Of a DNA stretch of 19,081 nucleotides, positions 7,406-16,551 are shown piece by piece. The position numbers and the translations under genes are program-made. The stretch is from Gemmatimonadota bacterium. GTDB lineage: Bacteria; Gemmatimonadota; Gemmatimonadetes; Longimicrobiales; Gaopeijiaceae. The stretch's first letter is position 1; every line of letters starts with the position of its first letter. The stretch lies in contig JBDHHQ010000081.1 in NCBI GenBank assembly GCA_039589315.1, forward strand, positions 1 to 19,081. The letters run 5' to 3'. The notes under the pieces are model-generated. The model saw only the letters and a program-made list of their open reading frames with translations, made no database searches and was not told the origin of the DNA.

Positions 7406-8968
7406 ATGACCCGCGAACAGATTCTCGCATCCCTCGGCATCGAAGACCTGAACCGCGGCGGATTCGCCGGTGACTGGATCGGATCCGGCCGGGAGCTCGA
7501 GGTGCTGTGCCCAATCGACGGTTCCAGGATCGCCGGCGTGCAGCAGGTGACCGAGGACGAGTACGACGACATCGTGGACCGGGCCCACGCCGCGTTCCTG
7601 GAGTGGCGCAAGGTCCCGGCCCCTCGCCGTGGCGAGGTTGTGCGGCAGCTGGGGAACAGGCTCAGGGAGAAGAAGGAAGCCCTGGGCGCCCTGGTCACCC
7701 TGGAGATGGGCAAGATCGCCGCCGAAGGTCAGGGCGAGGTCCAGGAGATGGTCGACATCTGCGACTTCGCCGTCGGCCTGTCGCGGCAGCTCTATGGCTT
7801 GACCATGACCTCGGAGCGGGCGGACCACCGCATGATGGAGCAATGGCATCCGCTGGGAGTCGTGGGCGTGATCAGCGCGTTCAACTTTCCCGTGGCCGTG
7901 TGGAGCTGGAACGCCGCTATAGCGGCCGTTTGCGGCGATTCCACCCTGTGGAAGCCGGCCTCCGGCACGCCGCTGACCGCCATCGCCGTCTCGAAGATCG
8001 CCGAGGCGGTGTGTCGCGAAAACGAGGTCGATCCGGCCATCTTCTCGCTGGTCGTCGGCAGGGGCTCGACCGTCGGGGATCGTCTGCTGCACGACAAGCG
8101 CATCCCGCTGGTGTCGGCCACGGGCAGCTGTCAGGTCGGTCGGCGCGTGGCCGAGGTGGTAGGCAAGCGACTGGCCCGAACCATCCTGGAGCTCGGGGGC
8201 AACAACGCCGTCATCGTGACCCCCCATGCCAACATGGATCTGGTGCTCCCCGCGATCCTGTTCGGAGCCGTGGGCACGGCGGGCCAACGCTGCACGAGCA
8301 CCCGGCGGATCATCGTCCACTCGTCCGTGCGCGACGAGCTGGTGAATCGCCTGGTCCGGGCCTACGGGGACATCCGGATCGGCGACCCCCTCGACCCCGA
8401 CACCCTCATGGGTCCACTTGTGAACCAGCAGGCCGTCGACGACCTCATGGCCGCCCGCCAGAAGGTGCAGGAGGAGGGGGGCGAGATCCTCTTCGGCGGG
8501 GAGCACCTGGAGGGCGAGCGGTATCCGGGCGGGCTCTACGTCACGCCGTGCATCGCCGCCGCCGAGAACGACTACCAGATCGTGCAGGACGAGACATTCG
8601 CCCCGATCCTGTACATCTTGGAGTACGGCAGCCCCGACGCCTCACCGGCGGCCTCGGTGGCCGAGCTCGAAGAGGCCATGGCCATCCACAACGGCGTCCC
8701 CCAGGGGCTCTCCTCGTCGATCTTCACGGATCACATGCGCGAGGCCGAGTTCTTCCTGTCCCACCGTGGGAGCGACTGCGGCATCGCCAACGTGAACATC
8801 GGGACCAGCGGGGCCGAGATCGGTGGCGCCTTCGGAGGCGAAAAGGAGACCGGAGGCGGACGCGAGTCTGGTTCCGACGCCTGGAAGGCGTACATGCGGC
8901 GTCAGACCAACACGGTGAACTGGAGCACCGAGCTCCCGTTGGCCCAGGGCATCAAGTTCGGCGACTGA
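7406..8968 (+). CDS. amaB: Aldehyde dehydrogenase family 7 (L-piperideine-6-carboxylate / alpha-aminoadipate semialdehyde dehydrogenase, antiquitin-like)
   Basis: PAPRRGEVVRQLG, SAFNFPVAVWSWN, LELGGNNA (catalytic Glu), GTAGQRCT (catalytic Cys), ETFAPILY and the ALDH7-typical C-terminus GRESGSDAWKAYMRRQTNTVNWSTELPLAQGIKF. Confidence 0.93.
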   Translation: MTREQILASLGIEDLNRGGFAGDWIGSGRELEVLCPIDGSRIAGVQQVTEDEYDDIVDRAHAAFLEWRKVPAPRRGEVVRQLGNRLREKKEALGALVTLEMGKIAAEGQGEVQEMVDICDFAVGLSRQLYGLTMTSERADHRMMEQWHPLGVVGVISAFNFPVAVWSWNAAIAAVCGDSTLWKPASGTPLTAIAVSKIAEAVCRENEVDPAIFSLVVGRGSTVGDRLLHDKRIPLVSATGSCQVGRRVAEVVGKRLARTILELGGNNAVIVTPHANMDLVLPAILFGAVGTAGQRCTSTRRIIVHSSVRDELVNRLVRAYGDIRIGDPLDPDTLMGPLVNQQAVDDLMAARQKVQEEGGEILFGGEHLEGERYPGGLYVTPCIAAAENDYQIVQDETFAPILYILEYGSPDASPAASVAELEEAMAIHNGVPQGLSSSIFTDHMREAEFFLSHRGSDCGIANVNIGTSGAEIGGAFGGEKETGGGRESGSDAWKAYMRRQTNTVNWSTELPLAQGIKFGD

Positions 8969-9056
8969 CGAGGCAGGGCGCCGTACGACTGACGCGACAG
9001 GCGCTGTCCGATTGACGCGAGAGGGGGCGTCCGACCGAGGAAGTCAGGGCGCCGGA
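8962..9056. repeat. Degenerate 23-25 bp tandem repeat (3-4 copies) starting at the amaB stop codon
   Basis: cgactgacgaggcagggcgccgta (8962-8985) / cgactgacgcgacaggcgctgtc (8986-9008) / cgattgacgcgagagggggcgtc (9009-9031) / cgaccgaggaagtcagggcgccgga (9032-9056). Confidence 0.7.
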
Positions 9057-9069
9057 CCGGTCCTTCTTC

Positions 9070-9702
9070 TCAGGGCGATCTGACGGGCACGCGAACCTCG
9101 GTGTGCTCCCAACTGATCACCAGGTCGGCGCCACCAGGGACCTCCACCAGCTCGATCGTGAACGGGTCCACCTCTTCCTCGACCCGGGTCACCAGCGCAG
9201 TCACCGTCGCCACGTCCATATCCGCATCGTACACGTCAGGGGTGAACTCGCCGTCCGCCGACAGCATGCCCGTGCCGTCGAGCCCGAGCTGGGGGCTGAA
9301 CCGGATCTCCCACGAATCGGCACCAGGGACCGTGAACACCGAATAGGTCCCTGCGTCGAGCCGCTCACCGCCGACCATGATCGGTCCGGTGGCGGTGATC
9401 TCCGTGGCCTCGTTGGCGCCCGTGCGCCAGAGCTCTCCCAGGGGCACGAGGTATTCGCCTTCCGAGGCGTCACCGAAGATGTCCCGGTCCCGCATGTAGG
9501 GCCGGCTGTACGTCACCTTCACGTAGGTGTCACCCAGGTGGATCTTGGCCATGCCCATGGGGCTCAGCCGCCGGGAGGGGTGGAGGTCCTGGCCCCATGC
9601 CGCTTCCGGCACCACACCGGCGCCCACCACCGCTGCGGCCAGCAGAAGGGCGGCGCGGAACGAGAACGGGGATCCTTGTACGTGTCGCTTGGCTGGGGTC
9701 AC
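9070..9702 (-). CDS. DUF2911 domain-containing exported protein
   Basis: LSP...VTYSRP...IFG...LVPLGELWRTGANEAT...AGTYSVFTVP...LVISWE is the DUF2911 pattern. GTG start at 9702 with AAGAGGA 8 nt upstream, followed by a signal peptide ending AAWG-Q. Confidence 0.88.
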   Translation of the reverse strand: MTPAKRHVQGSPFSFRAALLLAAAVVGAGVVPEAAWGQDLHPSRRLSPMGMAKIHLGDTYVKVTYSRPYMRDRDIFGDASEGEYLVPLGELWRTGANEATEITATGPIMVGGERLDAGTYSVFTVPGADSWEIRFSPQLGLDGTGMLSADGEFTPDVYDADMDVATVTALVTRVEEEVDPFTIELVEVPGGADLVISWEHTEVRVPVRSP

Positions 9703-9813
9703 GAGGGTCGTCCTCTTGCTGGATGTCGAGTACGCGGCCGGCGACGGCCGCCAGAACGCTTCTGGCAGTCGCGCGCACCGGACGGCCAGCAGACATAATG
9801 GCCCGCAATCGTG

Positions 9814-9848
9814 AAAAGGAAAATGCGGAGGCCTCGTGGCCCCCGCAT
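9814..9848 (-). terminator. Rho-independent terminator of the efflux operon
   Basis: On the minus strand, ATGCGGGGGCC-ACGA-GGCCTCCGCAT forms an 11-bp stem with one G-U pair, followed by TTTCCTTTT, about 50 nt after the RND stop codon. Confidence 0.8.
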
Positions 9849-9896
9849 CTCCCTCGTCCGTGGCCGCAGGGGCCGCGCCCCGCGCGGGCCTCCGTC

Positions 9897-12800
9897 CTAC
9901 TCCGTCTGCGGGCGTAGCGGCGGCGCGCCGAATGGCGGCTGACCCACCCGCTGACGCCGCACGCCGGCGGGCTCGGGCTCGGCCACCCAGGGATCCGGGA
10001 TCTCGTGCGCCGGCAAGTCCTCCACCGTGACCTCCTCGGGAGCGGGCTCGCCCCGCTCTTCCCCGCCGGCCACGAAGTGCCGCTTGAAGAAGTCGCTCAT
10101 GTCGTCGACCAGCGAGTACATCACCGGCACGAGGATCAGCGTCAGGAACGTGGCGAAGATGATGCCCGCGATGACAGCGATGGCCATGGGGCCCCACCAC
10201 GCCGCCTGCTCGCCGCCCCAGAACAAGGCCGGGTCCATACGCCGGTAGAGACCATAGAAGTCGAAGTTCAGCCCGATGGCCAGAGGCACGAGCCCCAACG
10301 CCGTGGTGATGGCGGTGAGCACCACGGGACGGAAACGGGTCTTCCCGCCCTGGACCAGCGCCTCGTGCCGATTCATCCCATCCCGTTCTCTCAGGATGTC
10401 GATGTAGTCGATCAGCACGATGGCGTTGTTCACCACGATTCCCGCCAAGCTGATCACGCCCACGCCGGTCATGATGATGCCGAAAGGCATCTGGAAGAGG
10501 GTGAGGCCGAGCAGCACGCCAGCGGTGGACATGACCACCGAGGTCAAGATGATCACCGGCTTGACCACGGAGTTGAACTGGCTGATCAGGATGAACGCGA
10601 TCAGCGCCAGCGCCGCGAGGAACGCTGTGGTCAGGAAGGCCTGAGCCTCCTGCTGGTCCTGGTTCTGCCCCGTCATGCGGAGCGTGTAGCCAGGCGGCAT
10701 CGTCTCCCCGAACTCGGCGAGCGTGGCGGTCACTTCAGCCATGACCACGTTGATGTTGTTCCCAGCGGCCACCTTCGAGCTGAGGGTGGCCATCCGGTCC
10801 ATGTCCTTCCGGCGAATCGAGCCGTATCCCTCGTTCACCTCCCAGCTGGCCACCGAGTTCAGGGGGATCTGTTGACCCTCGTTCATGACGGTCAGGTCGG
10901 CGAGCTGCGCCAGGTCCTCACGGAACTCGGGAGCGAGGCGGACGATGATGTCGTACTCGTCGTTGCCCGTGCGGAACTTGGCGGCCTCGACGCCATTGAT
11001 GGCGCCCCGTACCGCCCGCCCGACGTCGCTCGTGGTCAGCCCCCACAACGCGGCTTTCTCCCGATCCACGATGACGGCGAGCTCAGGACGAGCGGCGTCC
11101 AGATCAGACTCGAGGCCCACCAGCTTCGCGAAGACGGGCGCGTTCCTGAGGATGGCCAACGCCTGATCCGACAGCACCTTCAGCACGTCCGGATCCTCAC
11201 CGACGATCTCGATGTTGACCGGCGGACCGGAAGACGGACCCTCGTCGAGCTTGTCGACGTTGATCTCCGCGCCGGCGATATCCCTGCCGATGGTCGCCTG
11301 CATCTCGGCCAGGGTCTCGAACGCGTCGTATTGCCGCTCCTCGTAGTCGATGAACTGGACGAGCACACGACTCTCGTTGGGGCCCCCGGGGCCACCGCCC
11401 ATGGGGTTCCCGCCACCGCCGGAGCTTCCGGTGGTGGCCACGAACGACTCGGCTTCCACGAGCCCTTCGACGCCCGCCATTTCGGCCTCGATCCGGTTCG
11501 CGATCTGGTCGGTGTACCCGGCCCTACTTCCCACCGGGGTCTCGATGGACGCCCAGATCTGCTTCGGCGGGATGTCTTCGGGGAAGTACTCGATCCCTTT
11601 GCTGAACGCCCCGAATATGAAGAAGCTGCTCACGAGCACGGCCACGGATCCCAACACGATCATCAGGCGGTGCCTGAGGGCGAACCTGAGCTGCCCTTCG
11701 TAAGTGGCGATGATCGCCGGGAGGCCCCTCTCCCTGAACCAGCACTCGATCCGCTCGAGGAGGAAGTGGTGCAGCACGTACACGATCAGCCCGGTAGCCA
11801 CGAAGAGACCCGCCGTGAGCGGATTCCGGGACGCCACGTATAGCAGGAACAGCGCTCCGCCGATCCACATGGCCCACTTGGCTTCGCGAGTCAGCGGATT
11901 CCACTCCTCCTGGTCCGTGTGCAGCCAGAGGGCGCAGAACGTGGGAATGATGACCAGCGCCACGAAGAGAGAGCTGGACAACGTGACGATCAGCGTCAGA
12001 GGCAAGTAGCCCATGAACTCGCCCACGATGCCCGGCCAGAACAACAGGGGCGCGAACGCGGCCAGGGTGGTAAGCGTGGCCGCGATCACCGGCATGGCCA
12101 CCTCGCCCGTTGCTTTCCGGGCCGCGAGCTTCTTGTCCCAGCCGTTCTCAACGTAGCGATAGATGTTCTCGACGATCACGATGGCGTTGTCCACCAGCAT
12201 CCCCAGGGCGAGGATCAGGCTGAACAGCACCACCATGTTCATGCTGACGCCGAGGAGTCCCAGCACCAGGAAGCTCAGCAGCATCGACGTCGGAATCGAC
12301 AGCGCCACGAAGATCGACGTCCGGACTCCGAGGAAGAAGAACAGAACGCCCACGATCAGGATCAGCCCCGAGACGATGTTGTTCTCGAGGTTGGAGACCA
12401 TGCTCTGGATGTCCTCGGACATGTCAGACGTGATCTTCACCACGGTGGTGGGCGGCAGGAGCGGCTCCATGTCCGCGACCACGCGCCGGATGGTCTCCGA
12501 CGTCTCGATGATGTTCTGCCCCGACCGCTTGACGACGTCCAGGGTGACCACCGGGTTGCCGTCCAGGCGGGCGTAGCTGGCCCGCTCCGCGAAGCCGAAC
12601 TCGACCGACGCCACGTCCCGCACGTATACGGGCCGCCCGTTCTTCGTGGTGATGACCAGGTCCTCGATGATCGACGGATCCTCGAACTCCCCGTCGATGC
12701 GGACCAGGTATTTGAGGGATCCCACGTCGATGGCGCCGCCGGGGATGTTCACATTCTCGAACGCGACGCTCTCCACGACGTCGTCCAAGGCGATGTCGTA

Positions 12801-13463
12801 GAACTGCAGCTTCGCGAGATCGACGTCGACCTTGACCTCGCGCTCGAGTCCGCCCCGAAGGTCCACCCGCAGCACGCTGGGAATCTGCTCGAGCCGATCC
12901 TGGAGCTCCTCGGCCAGCTCCTTCAGGCGCACCAGGCCGTACTCTCCGGAGAGGTTCACCTGGAGGACGGGTACCTCATCGAAGTTGAACTCGATGATGG
13001 CCGGCTCCTCGGCGTCGCTTGGTAGCTCCGGCTTGGCCAGGTCCACCTTCTCACGGACCTTTTGCAGCGCTGCCTCCAGATCCACGTGGGTCTCGAACTC
13101 CGCAACCACGCTGGAATAGCCCTCCACCGAGGTAGACGTCAGCTCCTTGATGTCCGCGATGGTGTTGAGCTCTTCCTCGACCTTGCGCGTGACCAGGGTC
13201 TCCATGTCGGCAGGCGCCACACCTGGGTAGATCGTGCTCACCGCGATGAACGGGACCTCGATCTCCGGGAACGACTCCTTGGGGATCGCCCCGTAGGCCA
13301 TGAAGCCGCCCAACGTGATGATCACGAACAGCACAAGCATGCTGGTGGAGTGCGCCACTGCGAACGAGGTGAGCTTGAACTCCTTGAACTTGTCCAGGAG
13401 CGTCACGTCCTCAGGCTGTCCCAGAGACTGCTTGCCCTCGTCTTGATTCGTCGGCTTGATCAT
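9897..13463 (-). CDS. RND efflux transporter permease subunit (AcrB/AcrD/AcrF family)
   Basis: 1188 aa with two large periplasmic loops and two TM bundles. Motifs IPKESFPEIEVP, GMLVDNAIVIVENI, GIVVNNAIVLID and RFRPVVLTAITT. Lies downstream of the MFP and TolC genes. Confidence 0.97.
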   Translation of the reverse strand: MIKPTNQDEGKQSLGQPEDVTLLDKFKEFKLTSFAVAHSTSMLVLFVIITLGGFMAYGAIPKESFPEIEVPFIAVSTIYPGVAPADMETLVTRKVEEELNTIADIKELTSTSVEGYSSVVAEFETHVDLEAALQKVREKVDLAKPELPSDAEEPAIIEFNFDEVPVLQVNLSGEYGLVRLKELAEELQDRLEQIPSVLRVDLRGGLEREVKVDVDLAKLQFYDIALDDVVESVAFENVNIPGGAIDVGSLKYLVRIDGEFEDPSIIEDLVITTKNGRPVYVRDVASVEFGFAERASYARLDGNPVVTLDVVKRSGQNIIETSETIRRVVADMEPLLPPTTVVKITSDMSEDIQSMVSNLENNIVSGLILIVGVLFFFLGVRTSIFVALSIPTSMLLSFLVLGLLGVSMNMVVLFSLILALGMLVDNAIVIVENIYRYVENGWDKKLAARKATGEVAMPVIAATLTTLAAFAPLLFWPGIVGEFMGYLPLTLIVTLSSSLFVALVIIPTFCALWLHTDQEEWNPLTREAKWAMWIGGALFLLYVASRNPLTAGLFVATGLIVYVLHHFLLERIECWFRERGLPAIIATYEGQLRFALRHRLMIVLGSVAVLVSSFFIFGAFSKGIEYFPEDIPPKQIWASIETPVGSRAGYTDQIANRIEAEMAGVEGLVEAESFVATTGSSGGGGNPMGGGPGGPNESRVLVQFIDYEERQYDAFETLAEMQATIGRDIAGAEINVDKLDEGPSSGPPVNIEIVGEDPDVLKVLSDQALAILRNAPVFAKLVGLESDLDAARPELAVIVDREKAALWGLTTSDVGRAVRGAINGVEAAKFRTGNDEYDIIVRLAPEFREDLAQLADLTVMNEGQQIPLNSVASWEVNEGYGSIRRKDMDRMATLSSKVAAGNNINVVMAEVTATLAEFGETMPPGYTLRMTGQNQDQQEAQAFLTTAFLAALALIAFILISQFNSVVKPVIILTSVVMSTAGVLLGLTLFQMPFGIIMTGVGVISLAGIVVNNAIVLIDYIDILRERDGMNRHEALVQGGKTRFRPVVLTAITTALGLVPLAIGLNFDFYGLYRRMDPALFWGGEQAAWWGPMAIAVIAGIIFATFLTLILVPVMYSLVDDMSDFFKRHFVAGGEERGEPAPEEVTVEDLPAHEIPDPWVAEPEPAGVRRQRVGQPPFGAPPLRPQTE

Positions 13464-13504
13464 CTATCTCGCCTTCATTCGGTCGTCCACGTCGTCGTCT
13501 TCGT

Positions 13505-14587
13505 CTACCGCGAGACCACTCGCACCCGGTCGCCGGCGGCCACCTGCTGCTGACCGACCACCACGAGCTCGTCTCCGGCCGTCAGGCCTTCTTCGACCAC
13601 CACTGTATTCTGCTGGGCCGGCCCCCGCGTCACGACGCGGCTCTCGACCCGCTGTTCACCCCCGGCCCCGGTGACCACGAAGGCCACGAATCCGTGCTCG
13701 ACCCGGACGAGCGCCTCCTCGGGCACGACGATGGCGTCGTCGATGGTGGCGCGCACGAGGCCGATGTTGGCGACCATCTCGGGCTTGATCGTGCCTTCCG
13801 GGTTGGGGATCCTGAACTCCACCGGGAACGTCCGGCTCCGGGCGTCCACAGCTGCGCCCACATAGGTCAGCTCCCCGTCGAACGTCTGTCTGAGAACGTC
13901 AAAGCTCACGCTCACCTTGGCGCCCCGCTGAACGTCGGCGGCGTACCGCTCGGGCACGCCAGCCGCGATCTTCACGGGATTCAGCACCACGACGCGCCCC
14001 ACGGCCACGCCGGGCTGGACCATCGTGCCGATCTCGACGTCCCGGGTGTCCAGCACGCCCCGGATGGGCGACCGCACCACGGTGCGCTCCAGGCGCTCCT
14101 GTAGTGAGGCCAGGCTCGCCTTGGTCTGCACGGCGGCGTACTTGGCTTCGAGGTACGCCAGCTCGGAGCCCACTTGGTCAACCTCGTACAGGGTCTTCCG
14201 CCGCTGCCACACTTCATCGGCCAGGTCGGCGTTGGCCCTGGCCTGGTCGACCTGGGCCTTCAGGACCCGATCGTCGATCTTGGCAATGGCCTGATCGGCT
14301 CGAACCCAGGTGCCCTTGTCCACGTACAGCTCGCGGATGATCCCGCTCTCTTCGGCAGCGACGATCACGTCCTGATCGGCCATTACCGTGCCGGTCAAGC
14401 GGATCAGCTCGGTAAAGGCCATGGGCTCGACCGTCACCGTCTCCACGTTGATCACCCGCACGAAGCCAGTCGACGGCTCCGCTTCGGCTTCCGCTGTCCC
14501 ATCGGCCTGGGCGTCTCCTCCGCACGCGGCGAGCCCCACAACCAGGAGTCCCGCCAAACCCTGCATCCACCGCTTCTCTATCGACAT
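13505..14587 (-). CDS. RND efflux periplasmic adaptor (membrane fusion protein), lipoprotein
   Basis: Lipobox LAA-C. Lipoyl/hairpin pattern VAAEESGIIRELYVDKGTWV...VRSPIRG, plus VPE, VDARSRTF and IKPEM. ATG 14587 has AGGAG 10 nt upstream. Confidence 0.95.
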   Translation of the reverse strand: MSIEKRWMQGLAGLLVVGLAACGGDAQADGTAEAEAEPSTGFVRVINVETVTVEPMAFTELIRLTGTVMADQDVIVAAEESGIIRELYVDKGTWVRADQAIAKIDDRVLKAQVDQARANADLADEVWQRRKTLYEVDQVGSELAYLEAKYAAVQTKASLASLQERLERTVVRSPIRGVLDTRDVEIGTMVQPGVAVGRVVVLNPVKIAAGVPERYAADVQRGAKVSVSFDVLRQTFDGELTYVGAAVDARSRTFPVEFRIPNPEGTIKPEMVANIGLVRATIDDAIVVPEEALVRVEHGFVAFVVTGAGGEQRVESRVVTRGPAQQNTVVVEEGLTAGDELVVVGQQQVAAGDRVRVVSR

Positions 14588-14652
14588 GGTTGAATCGCTC
14601 CTGTGCGATCTCTCTCTATGAACGCTCATATCCCTTCGTCTCCCGGAGAGCC

Positions 14653-16383
14653 TCAGCGCTCGTCGTTCAGGGCCTCGCCGCCCGCATCGTCATCGTGGTA
14701 CTGGGGCTCGGCATCCTCGGCTTCCGCGTCGCCGTCCACGTCGGTCTGGACCGTCGGCGGGGCCTGCCAGGCCACATCCACCAGAGGCACCGTGCCCAGC
14801 GCTTCGTCCAGGCCGGCTCGGGCTACCAGGAAGTCGTAGACCGCCTGGGCGTAGTTGAACTCGCTCTGCCGGAGGGCCACCTCCGCGTCGGTGCGCTCGA
14901 GCTGGCTCCCCAGTCCTTCCCGGTACTGTGCCCCGGCGATCTCGAACCCGCGCTGGGCCTGATCGACGGCCCGCTGCTGGGCGAAAGCTCTGACGCGGGC
15001 CTCGGCGACCTGGTCCATCAGGTCCAGGATCTGCGTCTCGGCCTGGTCCTTGATGAGCCGGGTCTGCGTCTGGGCCTTCCTGAGCTGCGCCCGCTTCTGG
15101 TCCGTGGTGGCCTGTCTGCTGAAGCCCGTGAAGATGGGCACCGACAGCGTGACGCCGGCGAAAAGGGCCGTGGCTCGGGCGTTCGGATTCCCGAAGAAGT
15201 CGGGGCGGCCGTTCGCGGCAGCGCTCAGCGACCAGGTCCCGAACAGGTTCACCTTGGGCAGCCACTCCAGCTCTTCGGCCTTGAGCTCGGCGCCTCTGAG
15301 CTCCTCGGTCAGATAGAGCTGCCTCAGGTCGGAGCGGCTGGCGTCTGCCACCTGGAATGCCTCTTCCGGCGCCATCTGCCACGCGTCGGGCTGACCGGCG
15401 AAGAACAGGACCTCCAGGTTGGCGGCATCGTTCGCCTGGACGTCATCGATGTTCATGGACGCCAGCGAGCCCTCGACTTCCAGCTCGTCGAGGTTCTCCA
15501 TGGCGAGCTCCACCGCCAAGCGCCGTCGAGCCGCCGCCTCGGCGTTCCGGGCCCGCCGAAGGTTGGGCTCCAGGTTCGCGAGCTCCACCTCCAGGCGCAG
15601 CACGTCGTAGTCCGACGACACGCCCGCTCGGTTCATGGCCTGCGTCTCGGCGATCGACTCCCGGACGCGGTTCACCGAGTTGTCCACGAGCCGAGCCTGT
15701 TCCTGGGCCAGGAGAACGTCGTAGAACGCCACCCGCACCCGCGTGACGACCGACTGGCTCCGGCCGCGGACCGCCTCCGACTGGAGCAGCTCGAACCGCC
15801 CGGCAGCGCCCACGCCGATGAATGCCCGGGCGTCGAAGAGCGGCTGGGTCAGGTTGAGCCCTGCGTTCCACGCGTTGTCCGCACCGAACTGGATCGCGGT
15901 GAACTGCCCCTCGGGGGCCGTCGGGTCGAAGATGTTGGCCGGCAAGAACGATACGGCAGGCTTCACATTTCGGGCGTACTGCGCCGAGCCGTCCAGCTTG
16001 GGCAGCACCTCGGACCAAGCGTCACGCACCTGTTCCTGCGCGATCTCCAGATCCAGCTCGGCATCTTCGATGTCTCGACTCTGGTGCAGTGCGATACCGA
16101 CGGCGTCCACCAGGCTCAGCGTCTGCCGTTCGGCTTCCTCCTCGCACTCCTCCTCGGGTACTTCCTGCCCGGGAGCGGCGCTCGCGGAGATGGCCAGCGC
16201 GGCCAGCGCCGCGGCTGCCACGAGCAGGACGTGGATCCACCGGGTCTTCGGCTTCGCGCCGGAACGGGCCCAAGCCCTGGGGGCCATGCCAGCTTCAAGC
16301 CCTGCTGGGCCAGGTGCGCCGTGCACGCCTGATCTATCGTTCACTTTTCCTCTCACGAATCGGTCGTCTGGCGACTGTATCAT
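14653..16383 (-). CDS. TolC-family outer membrane efflux protein
   Basis: LSLVDAVGIAL, LPKLD, LTQPLF, LPKVNL, LSVPIFTG and YREGLGSQLE match the two OEP repeats. Hydrophobic signal segment present. GGAGGGG lies upstream of ATG 16383, but the N-region is long, so a later start is possible. Confidence 0.95.
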   Translation of the reverse strand: MIQSPDDRFVRGKVNDRSGVHGAPGPAGLEAGMAPRAWARSGAKPKTRWIHVLLVAAAALAALAISASAAPGQEVPEEECEEEAERQTLSLVDAVGIALHQSRDIEDAELDLEIAQEQVRDAWSEVLPKLDGSAQYARNVKPAVSFLPANIFDPTAPEGQFTAIQFGADNAWNAGLNLTQPLFDARAFIGVGAAGRFELLQSEAVRGRSQSVVTRVRVAFYDVLLAQEQARLVDNSVNRVRESIAETQAMNRAGVSSDYDVLRLEVELANLEPNLRRARNAEAAARRRLAVELAMENLDELEVEGSLASMNIDDVQANDAANLEVLFFAGQPDAWQMAPEEAFQVADASRSDLRQLYLTEELRGAELKAEELEWLPKVNLFGTWSLSAAANGRPDFFGNPNARATALFAGVTLSVPIFTGFSRQATTDQKRAQLRKAQTQTRLIKDQAETQILDLMDQVAEARVRAFAQQRAVDQAQRGFEIAGAQYREGLGSQLERTDAEVALRQSEFNYAQAVYDFLVARAGLDEALGTVPLVDVAWQAPPTVQTDVDGDAEAEDAEPQYHDDDAGGEALNDER

Positions 16384-16536
16384 GTCTTCCCCTCCGCCCT
16401 CCTACGGCGTCCTGTCTTGTTGGCTGCTGCCAGGGGTTTCGTCTTTCGTGCCCGGGGCGTTCGCCGCCGGTACCCCGCCTCTCTTCTGAACGCTCCGCCT
16501 CTCTACGTTCTGCCGGGGCGGTCCGGTTTCACGGCC

Positions 16537-16551
16537 CTTTACGCCGTTAAC
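16537..16551. promoter_or_regulatory. Putative second TetR operator overlapping the tetR stop codon
   Basis: CTTTACGCCGTTAAC matches 12/15 to GTTTACACTGTTAAC, the reverse complement of the promoter operator at 17180-17194. Confidence 0.5.

Noticed and set aside
8962..9056. Repeat arrays here and at 5168-5253 as CRISPR
   Set aside because: The units are contiguous and degenerate, with no unique spacers and no cas genes in the window.
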